A stretch of 32,000 nt of DNA, taken from Nitrospira japonica. Its GTDB lineage: Bacteria > Nitrospirota > Nitrospiria > Nitrospirales > Nitrospiraceae. The translations under genes and the position numbers were made by a program. The first letter of the stretch is position 1; each line of letters starts with the position of its first letter. This document shows positions 16,750 through 25,503 of the stretch, in pieces. The DNA lies in the NCBI RefSeq assembly GCF_900169565.1, contig NZ_LT828648.1, positions 652,876-684,875 of the forward strand. The letters are read 5' to 3'. Under the pieces are notes generated by a model. It worked only from the letters and a program-made list of their open reading frames with translations. It was not told the DNA's origin and did no database searches.

Positions 16750-19700
16750 CTAATCACGTTGACTTATCCATGACAGATACCGGCTTGCGACTGTCGTGGC
16801 AGTCCCTGCATTGACGCAATTGATGGCACCGGTGCTGGATTGCGAACAGCCCTTCACACCACTCAAGCTACCGGTGCCAGATGAACCGTCACCTTGGCTT
16901 CCCAAGTGAATGGCAACGGTAGTGGCCAACCCCTCACCAAGACTTGTCTTGTTGTTGATATTTTGTCCGCTCAACCCGACAACCGGTGAGCTATACGGTC
17001 CACCGGTTACGTAATAGAGTGCATAGAGATTGCTCGAGCCCGCCGCCACGCAGACATCATTGCTCGGCAGAAATGTGGGGAAAAATACAATCCCGCCAAG
17101 GATGACCGGGTTCGCCACTGATCGTTCGCTTGGCCCGCTAGCTGGCACCGTCAGCTTGGTGAACCAGCCCTTCTTGCTTTGGACCAGTGAAATCAGGGAC
17201 CCATACGTTCCACCGGTCGCCATCGCTGGGACACTCGTAACCTGTTGTGTCGTGGTACCGTCACAAGTCCCATTGCCGAGTTGGCAAATAGTCGCCGTTG
17301 ACATGTCAATCAACTCGTTGTTCAGGCTGTCGTCAATACGACAGCCGGTGATGGTCGCGTCATTACATCCCCCTGAGCCCTGCAGAACCGGATCTTTGAC
17401 GCCTACGAGGAACTGAACGGAGACATCGACCTTATCGCCGGTTCCACTCAACTGGGTATAGTATCGACCGCTTCCTGCGAAGACCCAAGTGTTACCCGTC
17501 TCGTCCAATGCAAGGCCAGGGGCCTGAGGCAAAGGGCCCAATGTATTTTTTGTGGATCCGGTGGCGTTCTTGAATTGGTAGAGGATCTCTGACGGAGCTC
17601 TCGTTGGCGCAGGAGACGTTCCACCTGATGGCACGCCCCACAAAGAGGGACTCGTATTGCAGACCGGAGTGGAGGCCTTCCAACAACCGGTCGTCAAGCG
17701 AAGCAACTTCCCTTCCCACGGTGAAGCGCTGATGATTTTCCCGCCATAGATGGCGTCAGTCCGATAATCCAAGTCTCTGTCTATCGTCGACAAATCTCCG
17801 ATAAATGAATTGGGCGGACTGGACAAAGTTCCGCCGGCATCAAAAGCCGTCACAGTCGTCGAAGCCGCCGAGGTGATTCTATCTTTGAGATTGACGGCAT
17901 ACATCCTTGCCACCTGCCCAACACCGGCATCGTAACTGGTCGCTCCTGATCCGAATATGGCAAACCATTTGGCATCGCTGTCCTGCGTCTTGTCGCCTCC
18001 CAATGGACGAACCCGGACCACGCTCGGATAACTCATGGTCAGGCCAAGATTCGTATCGGAATAACTCCAAAGGAGCTTCGGCAATTTTTCAGGGTTGGTG
18101 ACGTCCAACACGAAGTATGCGCTGAAGAACGTCCGCGCAGCGTCCACCGTGGAGTCATTGTTGAAATCTGCCGCGAAGGTCATCGGCGTAGCCTGACCCC
18201 CGGTGCAATTTCCGCAACTCCCTCCCATTCGGAACCCGCCGATGAGAATTGTTCCCCATCCATTGGGATGATCTGCATCCGGGGTGAAGATCCTCGCATC
18301 CGTCACCTTCGGCTTCAGATCGACATAGTACACGTGTGTATAATTTGGATCTGCCAGCCATCTCAGATGCGGCAACAGTTCTTGCGGAATAAACGACCAT
18401 AATTCGTCGCCACGAACCGTACCTCGACCGTCTGTAGTCGCCGCATTTGAAAACCATCCATGCTCGATTTTCCCGGCAGGTGCGGTCCCGCTGGTATCAT
18501 CGCCTTTATGATAAAACCCTACGTTGAACGCGTGGAGCATGCCGTCGTTTGCTCCCAGATAGGCAACCTGGCGGCGCCCCTTGTACTGCTGGAAAAAAGT
18601 CGTGTAGGACGCATCGCCATACAACACGTCGTACCGCTCCTTCGGATCCCCGACGACAACAGGCGTCGAATAGACGGAGTCGCCAAGTTTCCACACCATC
18701 GAGGTCGGAACACTGCTGTCGTTTTTCACCGTCAACGTACGATCGCGAAGGCCCGTGATTTGGCTACCACGAATAAAATTGATGATGTTGGCGCCAGTCA
18801 TGGCCGTTGGAGCGCCACTGAGATTGAGGTAGCCAGCAATCTTGCTCTGGTTGCTGGTGTCGAATGAAATGAACTCGCCTGCAGCTGCTGAAGACGCAGC
18901 ACTACTCACGACTTTGTCATTGTCCAGGTCCACCCAGGTATAGATGTATCGATTCGCGGGTGGCATGATGGCCAGACGACGGCCTCCTTCCCAAATGGGG
19001 TTGATATCGGTGATGACCTTGTCGCATTGATGAGGTGAGTCGTCGCAAAATGCAGTGTCAAGGATGCCGTCAGGGGGCACTGTTGTATCTCTGGTCGGAT
19101 CGGCTTTACCGTCACCATTCGAATCGACAAATATATCCACAGCCAGGCGGTCGTTGATGACATCGTAGCGAGTTACAACAATGCGATCCTCGCTGAGAAC
19201 CAAGCGGCCGTCGCCGTTCGTGTCTTCGCGGAGATTTCCATAGGTATCTACGAAGAGGCCGTGCACATAACCAGCATATTTGACCTCGCGAGTACCTTCG
19301 AACTGAGTGGGATAGAAATAGGATTGATAGAGTGCGCCTTCGCCGCTCGTTGAGGACGACAAGACCGACGCAGCAGTACCAGATGACGTTTGATTCAGAA
19401 TCGCCGCGAAGGCGGCGGCCAGCTTACCCTCGAGTTCCAGAGGATTTTGCGCATAAAAGTAGGTGTCCGGCATTCCATCGCCGTCTGCGTCCCATTCCGA
19501 TGTCTTGTCTGGAAGGTTATACCCCGTCGTAGCAGGCTTATCGCTATCTTTGAATCCTCCGTACTTAGCTGCGTACCAGAGAGGATCTTTCAGGAGGCCG
19601 GCATTTGAGCCATTCGCGGTGAAAGTTCGTTCCACCCAAATGTTCGTATACGGAGCTGTTGTGTCCGATGTCCACCCCCCTGTCGTATTGTACCGCTGGC

Positions 19701-22134
19701 ACTCAAGACCGTTTCCCGCACCGGTGGGGATACTTCCACCGCACCGGATATCGTAGTATTCGCCGGCACCAGTGAGAATATTATTGAGAGTCGCCGCCGG
19801 CGTTGTCGCACTGTGACCTGTCGCGCTCACTCCGTTGATGTAGAAACCGGCCCAGTTGCCGTTCCCGGCATTGGAATATATCGGCTTCGTCTTGACCGTA
19901 ATGGTTGTAGACCCATTCGTCTTCACATACAGCCGATACCGAATGTCCAGATCGTAGTCTCCTCCATAAGTTGCATCGTCCCACATGATTTCGTAGCACG
20001 AGGTATAGCCATTCCCAACTTCGGTCGTCCAATCTGCATCATTCGTGCAGATATCGAATGCTACGAGTTGTCCCTTGTTTCCTCCGGTTCCCGCCGAACT
20101 TGACCAGGCGCCTTGACCGGCAGTTGTACATCCGTTATAGCGATTCGAATCACTAGCCGGCGCGCCCCCGGATGCTGCTGGACAACCACTGTGAAAAGCC
20201 GGGGTCAGCTGAACCTTATTGGCCCCCACGGCAAATTCCAACACAGGGACGGGTGCACTGGCTACTACGGCGTACGTCGTAATGTTCTGTTTCACTATAT
20301 TGGATGTGTCATTTCCAAGGGCGCCGCGAAGGTCCGTCGTTTTCGCATAATGGGCCAGAATTGGAAGGTAGTAGGATCCATATTTGTTCGGCTCTTCAGG
20401 GCACAGACCCCGGATATTGAGGAACGTCGTCGTTGCCTTGGCTGAGCAGATGCTGTTCGCTGAACCGCCATTGACCTCACCGATGAAGACAGAGCTGATC
20501 GGATCCAGCGTGTCCATCGAAGAAGCAGTCAGTAGTGTCGAGAGGCTAAGCCCTGTATCGTTTGTGGTAGGGGTGACCTGATTGGGAGCTGAAGTCCAAG
20601 CCTGCGCACCTGGAAGCTGGTCGGAGTCGTGAGACGGGAAGGCATCACCGAACATCAAGACAAAGGGTTTTGCGCAATACTCACAAATAGCCGGCGATCC
20701 CGTATATGGATCGCCATATCCATTGTTGGCTTCGACCGGGAAGCTGTTTGACGCGAACGTGCCGTTTCCAATGGCATAGCTCGTAATGCTGTTATCGGGA
20801 CCATTGCCGGAGGTTTTATAAAACTGTGTGGTCGCATCGCCGGACCCTGAGAGGCCTCTGAAGTAGCGGATTGCTTCATAGAACATTTCCGCGAAGGGCT
20901 CTCCCCAACTCCTGCAATTGCTTTCGGTGGGAATGCCTCCATCAACACTGCATGTTCCATCATTCCCACCGGCAGAATAATTATTACTACCGAAATTGTA
21001 TCCAACGATCCGGAACATATCGATCGTCTTGATGACCTTTGAAGTTCCAAGGATCTGTCCTGTTCGTTTGTTGATCTCTTGCGTGTACAGATCCGTGGCC
21101 TTGCTGCGGAGCACACCTCCGCTGAAATTTCTCTCGTAGCTGCCGGACATCAAACCGAATCGCATGGTCACTGTGTCGTCAGCGGTCCCGACACTTCCAT
21201 TGGAGTTCACCGACATGCGCTGGATCAAACCCTGCGGCTTATACGTATAAATATTGGTCGGAGTGGGCGTGTTGTTGTCGTAATATGTGTCGCAATTTGC
21301 TTCGAGTCCTATGGTCCAGTCACATACCTTTACTGCAACACGATAGGTCGCCTTAAGCTCTCCCCCAAACACTCCGGCTCCGTTAGCCGTCCGCTCGCAC
21401 TGTCGCACCTCAGTACTGTCAGCATCTGGCCAATTTCCGTCCAACACCATCATGTACCCGACGGTTTCACCGCTTGCACTGTTGGTATTGCAGATCGTCA
21501 CGGCTCCCGAGACGATTCCCAGCGCCGCCGTCGGAACCAGCGAACTTAGGTTGCTGCCTGCATAGGGTTTCGCCCAGGAGTGGGCATCACGGGGAGTAAT
21601 GGTTCGTCCCAAGACTGTCAGGCCATTGTTTCCACTCATCGCCGACGTCGAAGTACCGGCGTCATCTACGATGCGCATTCCTCCGTAGAGCACCTTCCGA
21701 ATAATGTCGATCCGGGCCATTGTCGCCCAGTTGAGAAAATTTCCGCTCCATTTGGCTGAGCAGAAGTGGCTATAGGTTCCGGTACCAGCAACAGCCGGGT
21801 TGAAACGTCCCGTACCGCCAAACCCAGTCCCTCCCGAGTAGTCGTAACATTTCTTCGGGTCGAAATAGCCAACATAATCGATGTTGTCCTTGTAGGTCGT
21901 GTCGACTGCGGCATCTCCACCAGGCTTTCCATTGTCCAGATCGACGATATCGTTATACCCCTTGAAGAAAAGCCGGTGATCCTTTGTCATCATCAGCATG
22001 ACGGCAGGAGGAACCGTTTTTGTGATAAACGGCGGATAGGCCGTGTAGTTGTTCATGGTGACTTGCGCGACGGCAGAATGGTGAACGATGCCGCCTGCAA
22101 TGGCCATCAGGAGAGCTAACATCAGCTTGTTCAT
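16750..22134 (-). CDS. pilY1: Type IV pilus tip/assembly protein PilY1
   Basis: Signal MNKLMLALLMAIAGGIVHHSAVAQ; NFLNWATMARIDIIRKVLYGG; C-terminal propeller VYSTPVVVGDP, VAYLGANDGMLHAFNV, GDELWSFIPQELLPHLRWL, THVYYVDLKPKV; Ca loop DRDLDYRTD. Track start 22254 trimmed. Confidence 0.93.
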   Translation of the reverse strand: MNKLMLALLMAIAGGIVHHSAVAQVTMNNYTAYPPFITKTVPPAVMLMMTKDHRLFFKGYNDIVDLDNGKPGGDAAVDTTYKDNIDYVGYFDPKKCYDYSGGTGFGGTGRFNPAVAGTGTYSHFCSAKWSGNFLNWATMARIDIIRKVLYGGMRIVDDAGTSTSAMSGNNGLTVLGRTITPRDAHSWAKPYAGSNLSSLVPTAALGIVSGAVTICNTNSASGETVGYMMVLDGNWPDADSTEVRQCERTANGAGVFGGELKATYRVAVKVCDWTIGLEANCDTYYDNNTPTPTNIYTYKPQGLIQRMSVNSNGSVGTADDTVTMRFGLMSGSYERNFSGGVLRSKATDLYTQEINKRTGQILGTSKVIKTIDMFRIVGYNFGSNNYSAGGNDGTCSVDGGIPTESNCRSWGEPFAEMFYEAIRYFRGLSGSGDATTQFYKTSGNGPDNSITSYAIGNGTFASNSFPVEANNGYGDPYTGSPAICEYCAKPFVLMFGDAFPSHDSDQLPGAQAWTSAPNQVTPTTNDTGLSLSTLLTASSMDTLDPISSVFIGEVNGGSANSICSAKATTTFLNIRGLCPEEPNKYGSYYLPILAHYAKTTDLRGALGNDTSNIVKQNITTYAVVASAPVPVLEFAVGANKVQLTPAFHSGCPAASGGAPASDSNRYNGCTTAGQGAWSSSAGTGGNKGQLVAFDICTNDADWTTEVGNGYTSCYEIMWDDATYGGDYDLDIRYRLYVKTNGSTTITVKTKPIYSNAGNGNWAGFYINGVSATGHSATTPAATLNNILTGAGEYYDIRCGGSIPTGAGNGLECQRYNTTGGWTSDTTAPYTNIWVERTFTANGSNAGLLKDPLWYAAKYGGFKDSDKPATTGYNLPDKTSEWDADGDGMPDTYFYAQNPLELEGKLAAAFAAILNQTSSGTAASVLSSSTSGEGALYQSYFYPTQFEGTREVKYAGYVHGLFVDTYGNLREDTNGDGRLVLSEDRIVVTRYDVINDRLAVDIFVDSNGDGKADPTRDTTVPPDGILDTAFCDDSPHQCDKVITDINPIWEGGRRLAIMPPANRYIYTWVDLDNDKVVSSAASSAAAGEFISFDTSNQSKIAGYLNLSGAPTAMTGANIINFIRGSQITGLRDRTLTVKNDSSVPTSMVWKLGDSVYSTPVVVGDPKERYDVLYGDASYTTFFQQYKGRRQVAYLGANDGMLHAFNVGFYHKGDDTSGTAPAGKIEHGWFSNAATTDGRGTVRGDELWSFIPQELLPHLRWLADPNYTHVYYVDLKPKVTDARIFTPDADHPNGWGTILIGGFRMGGSCGNCTGGQATPMTFAADFNNDSTVDAARTFFSAYFVLDVTNPEKLPKLLWSYSDTNLGLTMSYPSVVRVRPLGGDKTQDSDAKWFAIFGSGATSYDAGVGQVARMYAVNLKDRITSAASTTVTAFDAGGTLSSPPNSFIGDLSTIDRDLDYRTDAIYGGKIISASPWEGKLLRLTTGCWKASTPVCNTSPSLWGVPSGGTSPAPTRAPSEILYQFKNATGSTKNTLGPLPQAPGLALDETGNTWVFAGSGRYYTQLSGTGDKVDVSVQFLVGVKDPVLQGSGGCNDATITGCRIDDSLNNELIDMSTATICQLGNGTCDGTTTQQVTSVPAMATGGTYGSLISLVQSKKGWFTKLTVPASGPSERSVANPVILGGIVFFPTFLPSNDVCVAAGSSNLYALYYVTGGPYSSPVVGLSGQNINNKTSLGEGLATTVAIHLGSQGDGSSGTGSLSGVKGCSQSSTGAINCVNAGTATTVASRYLSWISQRD
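17755..17781 (-). other. Predicted PilY1 calcium-binding loop DRDLDYRTD (DxDxDxxxD)
   Basis: Codon-by-codon reading of minus strand 17781-17755, immediately before AIYGGKI. Confidence 0.65.
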
Positions 22135-22157
22135 GATCCTACCCCTCCCCATTCCAG

Positions 22158-22832
22158 CTACAACTTTCTCTGGCAGGTTTCGCCCGTCAGCGTGCAGGCA
22201 TAGACTCCTACGATCCGACTCTCTGTTCCAGTCGCGGCCAACGTGGCTCGGCAATCAACGCGGTAGAGCACATCGACGCCTCCACCGGCACTCCCCGATC
22301 CCGCTCCTTCATAGCCTGCGGCGAACTGCATGCCGGATCCCGCCTTCGCCTGTAAGTACAGACGGTCGATGTCGCCTCGCACGGTGTACCCATTGATTGT
22401 CTGACTGTAGTCCGGCCCCGAAGCTCCTGACCCAGTTACTGTATCCGCGTGATTGTCGGCTTGACCGTTTATTTCCATTGAAAGGGACGGATTAGCTGCT
22501 GTCTCCGCTCCGGTCGGAACCGGCCCGCTAGAACTGACAACCGCCGCCGGCACCGATCCGTTCTCGATGGTCTGCTGGATGATCTTTACCGATGAACTGA
22601 GACAAGACTCGGCAGCATCCGCAGCGACTTCCGTCGTTCGCTGGAATCCTGCAATTCGATTTTCGAGTCCTGTGACCGTCATGGCGGCGATACCCAATAC
22701 CGTCAGGATGAGCATGAGGATCATGACCATCAAGAAGGCCACGCCATGCTCATTCCTGACCATGTGACCGTTTGTCTCATCGACTGGCATGCTGACTCCT
22801 GGTCTCGATTTATTGCTCGACATTTCGAGCAT
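22158..22832 (-). CDS. pilX: PilX-like pilus assembly protein (cassette 2)
   Basis: RNEHG|VAFLMVMILMLILTVLGIAAMTVTGLENRIAGFQRTTEVAADAAESCL. Confidence 0.8.
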   Translation of the reverse strand: MLEMSSNKSRPGVSMPVDETNGHMVRNEHGVAFLMVMILMLILTVLGIAAMTVTGLENRIAGFQRTTEVAADAAESCLSSSVKIIQQTIENGSVPAAVVSSSGPVPTGAETAANPSLSMEINGQADNHADTVTGSGASGPDYSQTINGYTVRGDIDRLYLQAKAGSGMQFAAGYEGAGSGSAGGGVDVLYRVDCRATLAATGTESRIVGVYACTLTGETCQRKL

Positions 22833-23934
22833 CGACCGTCCTCGTCAACTGACGGCGTCTAAATTGTTGATACGTGGAGGCAACATACCCAGGATCTGCA
22901 GAGTGAATGTGATCGCTAATCGTCAGAGGACCTGCCGTTAACACGCCGGCCTGCTGTGCCTCACCAAGGCCCTGATCCCGGACTGATTGTCTGGCAACGA
23001 CGTTGACCTGCACCATTCTGATGGTGGCTGGATCGAAGGTGAGAGGAGACCAGACTCTATTGGTCTGCCAGTCTCCGACATCGAACGTATTGTTCGCGTT
23101 CCAGTCGTCAATAACCCCGTCCGGCACGCCTGTCTTGATGGCACCGTTGCAGCCGTCACAAGCGAGCGCGAACTGAATATCCTCGACGCCGTCGACAATA
23201 TTTGTTACGGAAGGCGCCGCCGTTCCCGTGTCCACAGTTCGAAGGAGGCATGGGCTGGAAGTGCCGCACGCCGTTGAAGTTTGTCCGATCGAGTAGGTTA
23301 TACACTGCAACAGATAGACTTGGGTCCCTGCCGGAAATGTCACTGGCAAGTTGAACCCACTGCTAAAGTTGACGGCAGATCCGCTGCTGGTCGAGACCTG
23401 CGCGGTCAGGACCCCTCCTACGGACACATACGCACCCGTGCCGTTCACCATGCCCTCGGTTTGCATCTCTGAAACTGCGGTTCCGTTGAGGGTGATGGCG
23501 GTGAAGGAACTGGCCGGTGCGACAGGGACGGCCTGGGAAAGAGTCCATCCGGGATTGGTTCGAGGAACGATCAGGGAAAGCGTGTCCGGGCCATCGTCGT
23601 TCGGGAGAGCGGATGGTGTCGAGATTTTATCAACAGGTCTGATCGCCAAGCTTGTGCCTCCGGAGGCACAGTTACCCGCGGTACCTCCCACGGGCACATT
23701 GGGGGATAGTGGCATTCGGAATCCGGCCAGCTTGATGTCGCGCGCGATCAATTCCATGGCCAATCTGGCATTCTGCTGCGTACCCGCCGCTTGTTCGTTG
23801 GCTTTTGTGGACTTATCCGTAGTCGTGAGCACTGTGAAGCCGGCCGTCACAATGATGCTCGTCACGGCCAGGGCAATCATCAGCTCCACCAGTGTGATGC
23901 CATGCTGAGAGTACATTCGGCGCTCAGTGTCCAT
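22810..23934 (-). CDS. pilW: PilW-like minor pilin (cassette 2)
   Basis: MYSQHG|ITLVELMIALAVTSIIVTAGFTVL, MELIARDIKLAGFRMP. Confidence 0.85.
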   Translation of the reverse strand: MDTERRMYSQHGITLVELMIALAVTSIIVTAGFTVLTTTDKSTKANEQAAGTQQNARLAMELIARDIKLAGFRMPLSPNVPVGGTAGNCASGGTSLAIRPVDKISTPSALPNDDGPDTLSLIVPRTNPGWTLSQAVPVAPASSFTAITLNGTAVSEMQTEGMVNGTGAYVSVGGVLTAQVSTSSGSAVNFSSGFNLPVTFPAGTQVYLLQCITYSIGQTSTACGTSSPCLLRTVDTGTAAPSVTNIVDGVEDIQFALACDGCNGAIKTGVPDGVIDDWNANNTFDVGDWQTNRVWSPLTFDPATIRMVQVNVVARQSVRDQGLGEAQQAGVLTAGPLTISDHIHSADPGYVASTYQQFRRRQLTRTVDARNVEQ

Positions 23935-23952
23935 ATTGACGATGTCCTTGCC

Positions 23953-24501
23953 TTATTCCGGAGCGACGACAGTCACCAAGGTAATGCTCTTTGGCATAAG
24001 GGACGCGCTTCCGATGTTCGAGTTGGCCATCCAGTCCAGCCTCACGGTAACCGTGCTGCGCGTGAGCCCAAGCGGATCCAACGCAGGAGGGGCCGGATTC
24101 AAGACTACGGTTCCGGCGATATTGCTGAGACCAGAATTGAGCAACAAGGTTCGCCACTGGACACAATCGCCGTTCGCCATCACGTTCACAGTCGACGCCG
24201 GACACGTCGTGACCGCGGAACTCACGTTTATGTTGTGATAGGCAGTAACGTTACGGCGGTTGAATTGAATCCGCTCGACCATGTCGGCGGCAAGATTGCT
24301 CACACGGGTCATCTCATTTCCATTTATGTTCCTCTTTAACGACATGGCTTGCATTCCTGATAAGGCAAGCAAGCCGACGGCTAAGATCAGGGCCGCCACC
24401 ATGCTCTCGATGAGAGTAAATCCCCACTCACTACCGTTTATGTCTCTCCTGGCCACACGCGTCTCCAATTCGGTTATCAGCATGACGCCTTTGCGCACCA
24501 A
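23953..24501 (-). CDS. pilV: PilV-like minor pilin (cassette 2)
   Basis: NGSEWG|FTLIESMVAALILAVGLLALSGMQAMSLKRN...NLAADMVERI. Confidence 0.87.
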   Translation of the reverse strand: MVRKGVMLITELETRVARRDINGSEWGFTLIESMVAALILAVGLLALSGMQAMSLKRNINGNEMTRVSNLAADMVERIQFNRRNVTAYHNINVSSAVTTCPASTVNVMANGDCVQWRTLLLNSGLSNIAGTVVLNPAPPALDPLGLTRSTVTVRLDWMANSNIGSASLMPKSITLVTVVAPE

Positions 24502-24944
24502 CTCACCTTCCCGGACGGCAACACCAAGAGCGCGTAAACAAGCCCTCGTTCATTCTGTATCTGAATCGTTTGAGAAGCGGTCGCTGTACTCAATCCCATA
24601 GAAGAGAAGTTCACCGTCGCTGTACCTCCAGGAAGGGTCGTCACCCGCGGCATCAATGTGCGAGTGGGGAAAATCTGCTGCCCACCTGAGACACCGCTCA
24701 CTTCTATGAGTGCCCCCGACAACTGGATCGTAACGGTCGCCTGCCTATTTCGATTCATCGCAACTAACTTCGCTAGATTCAGATCCCCGGAGACTTCACT
24801 CATAGCTTGTTTCAGCTGATAACGAGCCAACCATTCATTGATCGCGGGAACAGCAATAATCGAGGCAATGCCGATGATCGCCACCACAATCATCAATTCG
24901 ACCATTGTGAAGCCCGCTTCTCTTCCGTTATTGCTATTGCTCAT
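24477..24944 (-). CDS. fimT: FimT/GspH-like minor pilin (cassette 2)
   Basis: GREAG|FTMVELMIVVAIIGIASIIAVPAINEWLARYQLKQAMSEVSGDLNLAKLVAMNRNR; ATG at 24944 (alternative GTG 24971). Confidence 0.87.
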   Translation of the reverse strand: MSNSNNGREAGFTMVELMIVVAIIGIASIIAVPAINEWLARYQLKQAMSEVSGDLNLAKLVAMNRNRQATVTIQLSGALIEVSGVSGGQQIFPTRTLMPRVTTLPGGTATVNFSSMGLSTATASQTIQIQNERGLVYALLVLPSGKVSWCAKASC

Positions 24945-24994
24945 ATCTGCACGATATTTGTGTAAGGACACCTCGAAAGGTCCCCACGGGGTTG

Positions 24995-25010
24995 AGCAAG
25001 CACTATGCCA
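24995..25010 (-). promoter_or_regulatory. Putative sigma54 (RpoN) promoter upstream of fimT-pilV-pilW-pilX-pilY1
   Basis: Minus strand TGGCATAGTGCTTGCT matches the TGGCAC-N5-TTGCW architecture with GG/GC spacing conserved; lies 51 bp upstream of the fimT ATG. Confidence 0.65.
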
Positions 25011-25355
25011 TTCGACAAATATGGCCAGTTCAATTCAAATGTTGGATTAATCAGCTTTTTTCGATCTGAAATAGTCAAAGCCACCATGTTGGGGCAGACA
25101 AATTTCGTCATGGAGGTTCTGATTTTGCGCCCACTCAAACCGTCAAAAGTTGCTGGCGGAGTGGTGCAATGTGCCCTGAAGGTACTACGACACGAGAGCG
25201 GCGCGCCCAGGTTCAAGGTCTGCAGAAACCCTGAGATGTGTAGGACGTACCTGAAGTTCGACCTGATGAGGGATGAAGGCCGGGGGATGCCGTCGCTGCG
25301 ATTCTCTGAAGCGAGGCCTGCTTACCTTGGCACAAAATCCGAATCTGACGCTTGA
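25005..25355 (+). CDS. Uncertain small ORF between the two pilus cassettes
   Basis: 116-codon open frame opposite to the flanking genes; no recognised motif and no strong ribosome binding site. Confidence 0.2.
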   Translation: MPFDKYGQFNSNVGLISFFRSEIVKATMLGQTNFVMEVLILRPLKPSKVAGGVVQCALKVLRHESGAPRFKVCRNPEMCRTYLKFDLMRDEGRGMPSLRFSEARPAYLGTKSESDA

Positions 25356-25503
25356 ACGGCAATATCTGCTTCTACAAGCAATTCGAACCTATTGTTCCAC
25401 TTCACGGCAACATGAGCGCATTGTCATAGCCCTCTTATTGGAGCCGTACAATGCCTCGCATTATCAAGGTGGACCGGCCATACAAGATAGAGTACCTGTG
25501 AAT

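Noticed and set aside
18460-18867. 135-aa plus-strand ORF inside pilY1
   Set aside because: Antisense to the conserved PilY1 propeller region.
22135-22254. N-terminal 40-aa extension of PilY1 in the track
   Set aside because: The sequence from ATG 22134 gives a clear signal peptide; the extension overlaps pilX coding sequence.
25328-25343. Second sigma54-like site on plus strand, TGGCACAAAATCCGAA
   Set aside because: The -24 half is perfect but the -12 GC element is missing.
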